Assembly (NCBI GenBank): GCA_963793425.1
Contig: CAWCAG010000005.1
Location: 1,088,001-1,152,000, forward strand
DNA from: an uncultured cyanobacterium
GTDB lineage: Bacteria > Cyanobacteriota > Cyanobacteriia > Cyanobacteriales > CAWCAG01
Length of the DNA: 64,000 nucleotides
Reading direction: 5' to 3'
The position numbers and the translations under genes were made by a program. Positions 48,255 to 59,190 of the stretch are shown here, one piece after another; within the stretch, counting starts at the first letter, position 1, and each line of letters opens with the position of its first letter. Below the pieces are notes generated by a model. That model was not told where the DNA came from. It did not search any database and saw nothing but the letters and a program-made list of their open reading frames with translations.

Positions 48255-49005
48255 AAAACGTTCCCAGGTAAGTTTAAAAAGTCAAGGAGAACAGCTACAG
48301 TTAATTTTACCTAGCCAACCTGTAGAACCTGGAGAAAATAATTGGTCTGAAGTTTGGTTGCAATTAAAGCATCGCTTAAATGGTAGCGAAAAGTTTTGGC
48401 AACCGGGTACAAAAGTCCATTTAGAAGCGGAAAACCAGTTACTTGATGGTAGACAACTCCAAGCTATTTCTGATGCCCTGCAAGCAGTGGAATTAAAGCT
48501 GGAGAAGGTTTATACCTCAAGACGACAAACGGCAGTGGCTGCGGCGACGGTAGGTTATTGCGTAGAACAAAATGTTCCTGCTTCTTCATTTACTTCTGCC
48601 CCAGAAGCAAATGATAGCCCACCTTGGGCCGAACCGTTATATTTACAAACTACCATCCGTTCGGGAGTAGAAATACGTCACCCCGGTACGGTAATTGTTT
48701 TAGGAGATGTTAACCCAGGAGGGGCGATTATTGCCGCAGGAGATATTTTTGTTTGGGGCCATTTACGGGGTATTGCCCATGCTGGTTCTCAAGGGAATCG
48801 CCAATGTCGGATTATGGCTTTACAAATGAAGCCTACCCAGTTGAGAATTGCCGATGATGTAGCTAGAGGCCCCGCCCAAAATCCTCAGCAACTTGAACCG
48901 GAATTAGCCTATGTAACTAAATCGGGTATTCATCTTACCAAAGCTCTTGATTTTATGAGAACTCACTCTTTTGCTGATCAAAAGGTTGGTTGGACGAATT
49001 CTTGA
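48244..49005 (+). CDS. minC: septum site-determining protein MinC
   Basis: TTIRSGVEIRHPGTVIVLGDVNPGG..IAAGDIFVWGHLRGIAHAG; synteny with minDE. Confidence 0.95.
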   Translation: MLNVKRSQVSLKSQGEQLQLILPSQPVEPGENNWSEVWLQLKHRLNGSEKFWQPGTKVHLEAENQLLDGRQLQAISDALQAVELKLEKVYTSRRQTAVAAATVGYCVEQNVPASSFTSAPEANDSPPWAEPLYLQTTIRSGVEIRHPGTVIVLGDVNPGGAIIAAGDIFVWGHLRGIAHAGSQGNRQCRIMALQMKPTQLRIADDVARGPAQNPQQLEPELAYVTKSGIHLTKALDFMRTHSFADQKVGWTNS

Positions 49006-49039
49006 CTAAAATATTGAAAATCAAAAACTAAAAATTAAT

Positions 49040-49834
49040 ATGGTTAGAACTATTGTCATCACTTCCGGTAAAGGAGGGGTGGGTAAAACTACTGTTACTG
49101 CTAATTTAGGGGCGGCGATCGCGAAAAGGGGTCATAAAGTAGCCTTGGTTGATGCAGATTTTGGACTGAGAAACTTAGATTTACTCCTCGGTTTAGAAAA
49201 TCGGGTTGTTTATACTGCCGTGGAAGTTATTTCTGGGGAGTGTCGTATAGAACAAGCTTTAGTTAAGGATAAACGGCAACCGGGACTCGTTTTGTTACCA
49301 GCAGCACAAACCCGTAACAAAGAAGCTGTCACCCCAGATCAAATGAAGGCAACTATTGCCCAATTGAGTAAAAAATTTGATTATATTCTCGTTGATAGTC
49401 CCGCCGGCATTGAATTAGGTTTTCGCAATGCGATCGCAGCAGCTAATGAAGCTATCATTGTTACTACCCCAGAAGTATCGGCGGTGCGAGATGCAGATCG
49501 GGTGATTGGTTTGATTGAAGCCAATAATATCAAAAAAATTCGCTTAATTGTCAATCGCCTCAAGCCAGCTATGGTACAGGTAAATCAAATGATGAGTGTA
49601 GAAGATGTCTTAGAAATTCTCGCTGTACCTTTAATTGGAGTTGTTCCCGATGATGAGAGGGTTATTGTTGCTAGCAATAAAGGCGAACCCTTAGTTTTAT
49701 CAGAACAAATCACCTTACCAGGCATGGCTTTTGATAATATTGCTCGTCGTCTAGAAGGGGAGAAAGTTCCGTTTTTAGATTTAATGGCAGCCCACGATAA
49801 TATTCTTAACCGTGTTAAGCGTTGGTTTCAGTAA
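49040..49834 (+). CDS. minD: septum site-determining protein MinD
   Basis: TSGKGGVGKTT, DFGLRNLDLLLGLENR, DSPAGIE, RDADR. Confidence 0.98.
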   Translation: MVRTIVITSGKGGVGKTTVTANLGAAIAKRGHKVALVDADFGLRNLDLLLGLENRVVYTAVEVISGECRIEQALVKDKRQPGLVLLPAAQTRNKEAVTPDQMKATIAQLSKKFDYILVDSPAGIELGFRNAIAAANEAIIVTTPEVSAVRDADRVIGLIEANNIKKIRLIVNRLKPAMVQVNQMMSVEDVLEILAVPLIGVVPDDERVIVASNKGEPLVLSEQITLPGMAFDNIARRLEGEKVPFLDLMAAHDNILNRVKRWFQ

Positions 49835-49920
49835 GTAATAGGTAAGAGGGGATGAAGAAAAGTGAATAGGAATTTTTTTAGACTTAATTTACAACAAATG
49901 CTATCAAAGGGGTCATCTTC

Positions 49921-50196
49921 ATGATCAGCGAACTTCTCGAACGACTTTTTAATTTTAAATCAACCAGTAGTCGCAGCCAAGCGAAAAATCGCCTTAAGCT
50001 CATTATTGCTCATGATCGCGCCGGTTTAAGCCCAGAAGTACTTAATTCTATGCGCCAAGAAATCTTGGAAGTAGTAGCCCGCTATGCAGAAATAGACATG
50101 GATCATTCTGAATTTTCTTTAGAAAGCGACCAAAGAGCTACAGCACTGATTGCTAGTTTACCAATTAGACGCATTAAAGAGCAATCAACTAATTGA
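49921..50196 (+). CDS. minE: cell division topological specificity factor MinE
   Basis: [13 protein letters not shown]...[12 protein letters not shown]. Confidence 0.97.
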   Translation: MISELLERLFNFKSTSSRSQAKNRLKLIIAHDRAGLSPEVLNSMRQEILEVVARYAEIDMDHSEFSLESDQRATALIASLPIRRIKEQSTN

Positions 50197-50563
50197 TTTT
50201 CTTATCTAAGATTCAGTTCTTTTTAGATAAAACTCGCTAAAATATATTCTATCGTTGGAAATTATCTTAGCTATAAGAACAAAAACTGAGGCAAATGATA
50301 AATGCTATTGGGAACTTTATTAAATTCACCTAAGTCAAAACCGACTAAATAGGCAAAAGTTTACAACTAAAAAGCTAAAGCAATTAGCCAGCTTAGCAAA
50401 AAATTATGTCCTTAAAAAGCTTTATTAAGAAGACTTTTTTAAAGGCTTATTTTTCTTTTTTTTCTGCTTCATATCTCTAATTAACTCTTAAGAGTTTTAT
50501 AGCTACTTATTCTTAAGTTAGTTAATCAATTTATTAATCTACCAGGTAACGAGTCTCTATTGT

Positions 50564-52099
50564 ATGAACATCTCTTTTTATAAACATTTCTCAACCTATT
50601 TAGTTAGTGCCGCAACATTATTTGTTGGTACAACCTTTATTCCCTCAGCCCAAGCAACTACTCTTACTGGCTTTTCCACCAGTGGCAATCAAATGGGCGG
50701 CATGAAAGTAACAGTAAATTTCTTCAATGGTACTTCTCAAACTTCCACTTGGCAACCTTTAGGGGGAGAATTAGGAGGGGCTTCTGGTTCTGGTTGGTCA
50801 CTCAATCAAAGTGGAAATACTTATGGTTCTTTCAATAATCCTTGGAACTTTAGCTATACAGGTGGTAGTAGCGTAGCTGCTTTATTCATCGACGCTGTTG
50901 ACGGCAACACAGTTTTTGATATTGTTTCCAGTAACACCTCAAGCCAGAATACACCAAATTCTGCTGAAGGTTGGCCATTTCAAACCTCCTATGGCACTGC
51001 CCCTAGCCGTTATGGTTACTCAGTTCCTATTGATATTTCCAAAGGAGACTTATTTGGCAGATTATCTCTATTTTGGGATAGTGGTTTTTCCGGTAGTATG
51101 GGCTTTCTTGCCGATACAGACAGTGGTAAGGCTGATGATCCTGTAACAGCAAGAGATCCTATACCTGCTTTGCCTCCTCCACCTAATGTTGCACCCACCG
51201 CAGGTATATCTATCCCTAGAATCAATGAAGGACAAAATGCCACTGCTTACCTTTCCGCCACTGATCCTAATACAGATAGTATTAATTTTTACCTCAATGG
51301 TAATTATGTAGGGACAGACGCAACTACCTCTGGCACTCGCACTTTAAATACTAATTTAGGCTTTTTTGCTGATAATGGCACTGTTGGCTACACTAATCAA
51401 GTTCAAGACTCTCAGGGGGCTTGGAGTGCTGTAGTTGCTGCGAACCTCATTGTCGATAATGTTGCCCCTGTTCTCACTCAATTTGACCTTTCTGCCTATA
51501 CAATCAATGAAGGTGAATCTGTATCAGCTTTCTTGAGTAGTACAGATCCTGGGGCAGATTCCATTAACTTTTTTCTAAATAGTGGTTATATTGGTACTGA
51601 TTTAAACACATCTGGTACTCGTAGTTTTAATCATGATTTAGGAACCTTTGCTGATGAAGGAATTTTTACTTATACAGCAAAATCTCAAGATAAAGATGGC
51701 GATTTTAGTGAAGAAATAATCAGAAACTTAAAGGTTTTAAATGTTGCCCCAACTATAGTTAGTTTGACATCAGATTTAGAAATTTACCAAGAAGAATTCT
51801 TCATGTTTGATGCTGTGGCTACTGACCCAGGAGTTAATGATATTTTGACCTATATGTGGGACTTGGATGGGGATGGTGAATATAATGATTTCCTTGGTAA
51901 TAGCGGCAATTGGTCTTTTACTGATGTGGGGATTCAAACTGTTGGTTTAAAAGTAACTGATGGCGATGGTGGCGAAGCTTTTTCTTCTTTTAATGTTACG
52001 GTCAATCAAGTACCGGAACCCTCTTCTATTCTTGGTATTTTGGCGTTAGGGGCGGGAGGCTTTTTGATGAAACGTAAAAAGAATCAGTCTTCTCATTAG
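50564..52099 (+). CDS. PEP-CTERM surface protein with Ig/PKD-like repeats
   Basis: Signal peptide (PSAQA), duplicated INEG...TDP..DSINF..N...TSGTR domains, YMWDLDGDG PKD-like domain, VPEPSSILG-TM-KRKK. Confidence 0.92.
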   Translation: MNISFYKHFSTYLVSAATLFVGTTFIPSAQATTLTGFSTSGNQMGGMKVTVNFFNGTSQTSTWQPLGGELGGASGSGWSLNQSGNTYGSFNNPWNFSYTGGSSVAALFIDAVDGNTVFDIVSSNTSSQNTPNSAEGWPFQTSYGTAPSRYGYSVPIDISKGDLFGRLSLFWDSGFSGSMGFLADTDSGKADDPVTARDPIPALPPPPNVAPTAGISIPRINEGQNATAYLSATDPNTDSINFYLNGNYVGTDATTSGTRTLNTNLGFFADNGTVGYTNQVQDSQGAWSAVVAANLIVDNVAPVLTQFDLSAYTINEGESVSAFLSSTDPGADSINFFLNSGYIGTDLNTSGTRSFNHDLGTFADEGIFTYTAKSQDKDGDFSEEIIRNLKVLNVAPTIVSLTSDLEIYQEEFFMFDAVATDPGVNDILTYMWDLDGDGEYNDFLGNSGNWSFTDVGIQTVGLKVTDGDGGEAFSSFNVTVNQVPEPSSILGILALGAGGFLMKRKKNQSSH

Positions 52100-52144
52100 T
52101 AAATACAAGGGGGGCATCTCAATATTTGTAAAAACACGCTTATT

Positions 52145-52368
52145 TTAAAAAGAATCTTCCTCTTCTAAATCATCCGAAGAGTTCTGAACAATGAAAAAGC
52201 AACGACTATACTTCGCCCCTGGCTCTAAATTCCAACTACCAACCCAAGGATTTACTGGATTGTTATCCTCTGCTGTAAAGTTTACAGCAACCTCATACTG
52301 ACCAGGTTCAAGGATATATCTTCCCACCAGCCCCTTGTCAGGGCAGGATTCTGGAGGTTCACCGAAAA
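52145..52368 (-). pseudogene. probable 5'-truncated C-terminal fragment of a hypothetical protein
   Basis: Frame extends upstream of the track start (FGEPPESCPDKGLVGRYILEPGQYEV...) up to an IS-like hairpin. Confidence 0.5.
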
Positions 52369-52372
52369 TAAT

Positions 52373-52406
52373 GGGTTTGAAGCCCCGTCCTTTTAGGACG
52401 GCTTTT
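52373..52406. mobile_element. IS200/IS605-like subterminal hairpin (orphan end)
   Basis: GAAGCCCCGTCCTTTTAGGACGGCTTT hairpin; no transposase nearby. Confidence 0.5.
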
Positions 52407-52412
52407 TATTGA

Positions 52413-53918
52413 TTATTGAGGCCCACGACCATAAAGATAAGTTAACTCTTTGAGGCGATCGCACAACTGTTGGTTTAAATCCCCACTTTTGTAACGCCAA
52501 GCCCAATTACCTTCAGCCTTACCCGGAGCATTCATTTTCCCTTCTGTACCTAAGCCCAAAACATCTTGTAAAGGAATAATCGCATTATTAGCTATGGTAC
52601 TTAAAGCCAGGCGAATTAGGCTCCAATGTATGCCTTCTGGACAAATACAACCCAAATAATCAATCACTCGTTGTTTTTCTTTTTCACTACGCTCTTCATA
52701 CCAGCCCACAGTTGTATTATTGTCATGAGTTCCTGTATAAGCGACACAGTTACGGGAAGCGTAGTTAAAGGGTAAAAAAGCGTTAGCACGGTCAGAATCA
52801 AAAGCAAACTGTAAAATCTTCATCCCCGGAAAGCCAAACTTATCCCGCAAAGCTTCTACTTCTGGGGTAATCACTCCCAAATCTTCGGCAACAATAGGAG
52901 GCTGCCCTAATTTCTCCCTGAGTAGGGTAAAGAAAGCCTCTCCAGGGGCTTCAATCCATTTTCCTTCAGTAGCAATGGTTTCTCCCTTTTCCACTGCCCA
53001 AAACGCTTCAAAGCCCCGGAAATGATCAATACGCATAACATCTACATAATCGAGCATTCCTTCAATACGTTGTATCCACCACTGAAAATCATTTTTCTCT
53101 AGTTGTTCCCAGTCATAAACAGGATTGCCCCAAAGTTGCCCTGTGGCACTAAAATAATCGGGAGGAACCCCCGCCATCAAAGCTGGTTCTTTTGTTTCTT
53201 CATCTAAGCAAAAAATTTCTTGATGGGCCCAGACATCAGCGCTATCATGGGCAACATAAATGGGAATATCCCCAAAAATTCTGACTCTTTTTTCATTTGC
53301 ATAAAGTTTGAGATGCGACCATTGACGAAAAAATTCTGACTGGAGGTACTTATGATGAAAAATCTCTTGCTCAAGCTTTTGTTGCCACTTAGAAATAGCG
53401 ACGGGTTGACGTTGGGAAATCTCTTCTTCCCAATTATTCCAACTAGCACCTTTTTGATCAGCTTTTATGGCCATAAACAGAGCATAATCATCTAGCCAAT
53501 AACTATGGAGAGTACAAAATTTTTCAAATTCTGCCTTTCTCGACTCAGAAGCCCTGCTCTGAAAATTATCGCTAGCCTTTTCCAGCAAAGGCATCTTAGT
53601 TTCAATAACTAAATCGAAATCTACCGAATCTACAGGAAATTCTGGTAAATTAGCTAAATCTGCTTCATCTAGCAATCCTTCTGAAACCAACCACTCTAGG
53701 TTAATAAGCAAGGGATTTCCCGCTAAGGCAGAATAAGCTAAGTAAGGAGAGTTACCAAACCCTGTCGGTCCTAGAGGTAAAATTTGCCAAAGCTGTTGTC
53801 CACTCTCAGCTAAAAAATCTACAAAGTTATAAGCTTCTTTACCCAAATCCCCAATACCAAAACGACTAGGTAAAGAGGTAGGATGTAACAAAATACCACT
53901 AGCCCTTGAAGGAATCAT
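52413..53918 (-). CDS. malQ: 4-alpha-glucanotransferase
   Basis: GILLHPTSLP, GVPPDYFSATGQLWGNP, RIDHFRGF, AEDLG, TGTHDN. Confidence 0.97.
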   Translation of the reverse strand: MIPSRASGILLHPTSLPSRFGIGDLGKEAYNFVDFLAESGQQLWQILPLGPTGFGNSPYLAYSALAGNPLLINLEWLVSEGLLDEADLANLPEFPVDSVDFDLVIETKMPLLEKASDNFQSRASESRKAEFEKFCTLHSYWLDDYALFMAIKADQKGASWNNWEEEISQRQPVAISKWQQKLEQEIFHHKYLQSEFFRQWSHLKLYANEKRVRIFGDIPIYVAHDSADVWAHQEIFCLDEETKEPALMAGVPPDYFSATGQLWGNPVYDWEQLEKNDFQWWIQRIEGMLDYVDVMRIDHFRGFEAFWAVEKGETIATEGKWIEAPGEAFFTLLREKLGQPPIVAEDLGVITPEVEALRDKFGFPGMKILQFAFDSDRANAFLPFNYASRNCVAYTGTHDNNTTVGWYEERSEKEKQRVIDYLGCICPEGIHWSLIRLALSTIANNAIIPLQDVLGLGTEGKMNAPGKAEGNWAWRYKSGDLNQQLCDRLKELTYLYGRGPQ

Positions 53919-54099
53919 AAAATTTTTCTATATTAAATACCTTGGGAATTTTGACACAAAAATTGGTCAAATGACGAAAAAAGTTTAGAATCGTCAAAAA
54001 AGTCTGGCAAGAAGAATTTAATATGGAAACAAAATAGTTTGTCAGTAAAAGAGTGAATCAGCGTATCCTCGATTTGTATAGGTTAAATAAATAGAATCC

Positions 54100-55200
54100 A
54101 TGTCTCAGGATGCCAGTAAAAACCAACTATCTGCTACTAACCAAACTTGGTCAGCAGAAACTGATGCCGATAAATTGATGAACGATCTGTTTTCAGATAT
54201 TGATCGGATTTTAGAAGGCGGTAGTAAGTTGCCGACGCAAACAGCACAACCAGACTATGTTTCTCTGCAAAACATTGTCGTTCCTGCTGCAAGTTTGCCT
54301 CCAGCTTTAAGAGAATCCTCAGAATTACTAGAACAGTTATCTGAAGATACTGGGAAGACGGAAGTTTTGACCCCGGAAGAGGAAAAAGCTCGTTCTCCTC
54401 GTCGTCAGGTTACAGTTGTAGAAAAAGCTCTGTTCGGTACAGCTTGTGCTTCTCTAGTTGCTGTAGTTGCTTGGTTATTCATTCAAAATAAGCTCCGCAT
54501 ACCTTTTTTCGCTAACGGCAGCAAGGAAATAACCCAAGTTAGTTCAGTTCAAGATGAAGATCCCTTTGCTAGGTATATGAAGCAGTCCTTAGATGCCATT
54601 GAGAGTCAAGCCAAGGCTGCTCAAGGAGCTAATGGGGCTGTTCCCCCTGGAGTGCCTCCTAGTGTACCTCCTTACCCTCTCCCCAGCAGTTTTCCTGTTG
54701 CTCCTCAAGGACAAAAAACTTTAGAGCGAGTTTATATTCCTGTTTTTCCCCCTAATCAGAATCCCTCTGCGGGGGCAGCGTTGCGAGCAAATCCTCAAGT
54801 TAGTCCTAGCCCTCAATCGAGTTCTCAGTCATCTCAACCAGCAGCTAAACCTGCTTCCAAGCCCGCAACTACTACCCAACCAGCAGCTAAACCTGTTCCC
54901 AAACCATCACCTTCTGCTAGTACTCCTCCTCAACCCTCTCCTACTACTCCTGATTCTACAGAAGCCCCAGCTAATGCTGCGACGGCAACTGCTCCCCTTG
55001 CTAACCATACTTTAGTAGGAATACTAGAGTTAGGCGATCGCTCAGCAGGTTTGTTTAAAATTGATGGCGTTACCCAACGCATCATGCTTGGGGAAGATAT
55101 TGGTTCAAGTGGTTGGAAATTGGTATCTGTCATTAACGAAAAGGCAACCATTCGTCGTAATGGAGAAGTACGTTCTATTTATGCAGGACAAAGCTTTTAG
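54100..55200 (+). CDS. single-TM Pro-rich protein with C-terminal GspC/PilP-like domain
   Basis: HTLVGILELGDRSAGLF..DG....GEDIGSSGWKLV...ATIRRNGEVR. Confidence 0.7.
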   Translation: MSQDASKNQLSATNQTWSAETDADKLMNDLFSDIDRILEGGSKLPTQTAQPDYVSLQNIVVPAASLPPALRESSELLEQLSEDTGKTEVLTPEEEKARSPRRQVTVVEKALFGTACASLVAVVAWLFIQNKLRIPFFANGSKEITQVSSVQDEDPFARYMKQSLDAIESQAKAAQGANGAVPPGVPPSVPPYPLPSSFPVAPQGQKTLERVYIPVFPPNQNPSAGAALRANPQVSPSPQSSSQSSQPAAKPASKPATTTQPAAKPVPKPSPSASTPPQPSPTTPDSTEAPANAATATAPLANHTLVGILELGDRSAGLFKIDGVTQRIMLGEDIGSSGWKLVSVINEKATIRRNGEVRSIYAGQSF

Positions 55201-55281
55201 TATAATTAGGTTAAAATTAACTTCTGACTTAACTAAATCTGATCAGAGAAGGCTTACGCCAATAACTTTTAACTTCAGCAA

Positions 55282-55872
55282 ATGGGCTTATTTGACGATT
55301 TCAGTCGGTTTTTTGAAAGCCGATTAGACGAGTTTCTGCGCGATCATCCCCATCTAGAGCTACAAGCCCTAGATGAACAACTCCGGGAGCAAGAAAAGGA
55401 TACTCTGCGCCTACTTATTGATTTGCAACACCAAGAAACGAAACTTCAAGAGGAGATTCTTTCCCTTGCCAAAGATATCCAAACTTGGCACTCCCGGATT
55501 AGTAAAGCTAAAAGTGCAGGGAGAGAGGACTTAGCCAAAGCAGCCCAAGAAAGGGAGGAATCTTTACTACGCTTAGGAAATCAGCGCTGGGGACAAATGC
55601 AAGGGGTTAAACAGCGTATCGTCAATGCCAAAGAACTTTTGCAACAAACCCAACAGAAAAGAGAAGAAGTACAAGCAGAAGCAGCTAGAGTCAAAACCGA
55701 ACAGGCAAAAGCCCAAAATACCCCTTCTTCAGAAAGTTACGGTTGGAATCAAGGTTATACAAATTCCAATACAGATAATTATAGTCGCGCCGCAGATCCT
55801 TTAGATGGTCAGTTTCAGCGTTGGGAATTGGATAAAGAACTTGAAGAGATGAAACGAAATTTGGGTAAATAG
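55282..55872 (+). CDS. TIGR04376 family coiled-coil (PspA-related) protein
   Basis: MGLFDDFSRFFESRLDEFLRDHPHLELQAL...DPLD.QFQRWE. Confidence 0.85.
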   Translation: MGLFDDFSRFFESRLDEFLRDHPHLELQALDEQLREQEKDTLRLLIDLQHQETKLQEEILSLAKDIQTWHSRISKAKSAGREDLAKAAQEREESLLRLGNQRWGQMQGVKQRIVNAKELLQQTQQKREEVQAEAARVKTEQAKAQNTPSSESYGWNQGYTNSNTDNYSRAADPLDGQFQRWELDKELEEMKRNLGK

Positions 55873-56062
55873 CCAGCGTGATTAAGTGCCAAGGAAACTT
55901 ACTACTCTGCCAATTTTCAATACAAGTTTAGGTTTTCAACAAAGGGGCGATCGCGTGGTTTTGCTACGTATAAGATTTTCCAACTTATATTGCTAGATAA
56001 AGCAAGAGCAATTACTCCACTTGGCTTTTGCTTTAAAACAATCTAATCAGCTTTGAGCAAAG

Positions 56063-59000
56063 ATGACTAATCCTAAAACCCTAACTATTTCAGGCTACCA
56101 AATTCTCAACCAGATTTATGAAAGTAGTAACTCTTTGGTTTATCGGGGTATTCGAGAAAAGGGAAGCCAACCTGTCATCATCAAAGTACTGAAGCAAAAT
56201 TATCCTTCGCCCCAAGAATTAACTCGCTACAAACAAGAGTATGAAATTACCCGCAATCTGAATTTGCCTGGGGTAATTAAAGCATGGGAGCTACAACCAT
56301 ATCAAAGAACAAACGGAACGATTAATAATTTTCCTTTGGGTTCTAACGATCACAGTGATCGCTTTCAAATTCCCCAAAAACTCTACGGTAGAGAAAAAGA
56401 AGTTGCCCAGTTGTTGGAAGGTTTTGAGAGAGTAGCATTTCCCCTTGCCCCCCTTGGAAAAGAGGATCTATCCAAGGCGAGGAGCGAATTAATGCTGGTT
56501 GCTGGTTATTCTGGCATTGGTAAATCAGCTTTAGTGGCAGAAGTTTACAAACCCATTACCAAGAAACGAGGCTACTTTATTGAGGGGAAGTTTGACCAGT
56601 TTCAGCGTAATATCCCTTATTCCGCCATTGTCAGCGCTTTTAAAGCCTTGATGCAGCAACTTTTTACAGAAAGCAAGGCGCAGCTTCAACAGTGGCGAGA
56701 AAAGCTGTTAGAGGCGTTAGGGAGTAATGGACAAGTTGTTATTGATGTAATTCCGGAAGTAGAGCTAATTATTGGCAAGCAGCCTCCTGTAACCGAGTTA
56801 GGGGCAACGGAATCACAAAACCGCTTCAATTTAGTTTTGCAGAACTTTATTCGGGCGTTTTGTAGCGTTGAACATCCTTTAGTAATTTTCCTTGATGATT
56901 TGCAATGGACTGATGGTGCTACTCTCAAATTGCTTGAATTGATTATTACAGATCAGCAAAGTCAATATTTATTTGTGATTGGCGCTTATCGAGATAACGA
57001 AGTTAGTTCTAGCCATCCTTTGATGATGGTATTAGATGAGAGCAAAAAACAAGGAGCAACGGTTAATCAAATTACCTTAGCACCTTTACAAAGCGAAGAT
57101 ATTAACCAATTAGTTGCTGATACTGTACATAGTGATCTTGAAACAGCTAAACCCTTGACGGAATTAGTACAGCGCAAAACTAACGGTAATCCTTTTTTTG
57201 TTAATCAATTTCTCAAAACTTTGTATTCAGAAGATTTGATTAGTTTTAGCTTGACTAAGAGTTGTCAATGGCAGTGGAATTTGGCTCAAATTGAAGCCCA
57301 AAACATTACAGATAACGTGGTGGAGTTGATAATTGATAAAGTTAAGAAACTGCCAGAAGCAACTCAACAGGTTTTACGTTTAGCAGCTTGTGTTGGGGCT
57401 GATTTTGATTTAAAAACTCTAGCAATTATTCTTCAAAAGTCTACCCCTAGTATTTTTCAAGATTTATTAGAAGCCCTATTATCAGATTTGATTCGTCCTA
57501 TTTCAGATTTGGATGAGCAACTCTTAATTCAAAAATATCAGTTCGAGCATGATCGGGTACAACAAGCTGCTTATGGGGCTGCTTTAGATTATTTAAGTAA
57601 GGGATTAAGGCTACTTACTGCCGATAGTTGGCAACAAAAATATGACTTAACTTTAACTCTTTATTCTCAAGCAACAGAAGCCGCCTACTTAAGTGGTGAT
57701 TTTGAGCAGATGGAACAATTAGCAGAAATTGTCCTCAATAATGCCAAAACTGTGCTGGATAAAGTGAAAGTTTATGAAGTGAAAATGCAAACCAGCATGG
57801 CACAAGCCAAATGAACAGGCGATCGCGAGGGCAAGAGAAAACGAATTCATTCAAGAAGAAGCCTTAGCTTATGAGTTGGCAGCGAAGTTTTATTTCCAGC
57901 GAAACAGAGAAAAGTTTGCCCAAACTTATCTGCAAGAAGCCCACTATGGTTACAAATGCTGGGGTGCTATTACTAAAGTCCAAGAGTTAGAGGCAAAGTA
58001 TCCCCAATTCATCAGACAACCGGCCCCAACCACTAGCACAATAACTACTACAACTTCAACTGGTACTCAGATCGGAACTGTCTTAGATTTAGCTACAGTA
58101 ATGAAAGCTTCTCAAACTATTTCTAGTGAAGTTTCCCTAGACAAACTGCTGACTAAATTGATGCAAACTTTAATCCAAAATGCTGGGGCGCAAACAGGTT
58201 TTCTACTTTTAGAAAAGTCAGGGAGTTGGGTTATTGAAGCTTCAGGAAAGATTAATCAAGATGAGGTGATAGTATTACAATCTTTGCCTCCAGAAAACCA
58301 ACTTCCTATTTCAGTCATTAACTATGTTACCCGCACCCAAGAAACTCTAGTCTTTCATGATGCCAGGGAAGAAATTCAAAATCCCCAAGGAAAGTTTCAT
58401 AATCCTCATGAATCCTATATTATAAACAATCAAAATAAATCTTTATTATGCGCCCCTCTAATTAATCAAGGTACACTTAACGGTATTATTTATCTCGAAA
58501 ACAACCTAGCCACTAATGCTTTCACTTCCAATAGATTAGAACTAATTCAACTATTATCAGGACAGGCAGCCATCGCCATAGATAATGCCAGACTGTATAA
58601 CAACCTTGAACAAAAAGTTAGCGATCGCACTCAAGAATTAAAAAATACCCTTGATACCCTCAAAGCAACTCAAGAGGAACTAATTCAATCAGAAAAAATG
58701 GCAGCTTTAGGACAATTGATTGCCAACATTGCCCATGAAATCAATACTCCTTTAGGAGCAATTAAAGCTTCTAGTAATAATATTTCTTCCGCTTTAAATA
58801 AATCCCTGGAAATCTTACCTTCATTACTAACTAAACTTTCTGGGCAACAACAAGTTGATTTTTTTGCTTTAAGAATTAAATCAAGTGTGGACAAATTTAA
58901 TTCATAATGCTATCCAAGCAATGAACAACCAAGGCAAGTTAGATATTGTAGTTGCTCAAGAAAATGATTATCTAGTTGTAAAAATAACTGATTCTGGCAG

Positions 59001-59190
59001 TGGTCTTCCCGAAGAACTTAAAGAGAAAATTTTCCAACCTTTTTTCACAACTAAACCTCAAGGAGAAGGTAGTGGTTTAGGATTAGATATTGTCAGAAAT
59101 ATTGTTAATAAACACCAAGGAAAAATAGAAGTAGCAAGTCAGCCAGGACTAACAATATTTAGTGTTTTGTTACCAATAGATGGGAGCTAG
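56063..59190 (+). pseudogene. HstK-type Ser/Thr kinase-AAA-GAF-histidine kinase with at least four internal deletions
   Basis: Kinase N-lobe only, AGYSGIGKS Walker A, FLDDLQW, GAF, AHEINTPL and HATPase spread over three track ORFs; junctions near 56311, 57570, 57810 and 58871. Confidence 0.85.

Noticed and set aside
57810..57830. HIP1 as the deletion breakpoint in the HstK-like pseudogene
   Set aside because: The junction is about 8 nt before the HIP1 site and the other junctions lack HIP1
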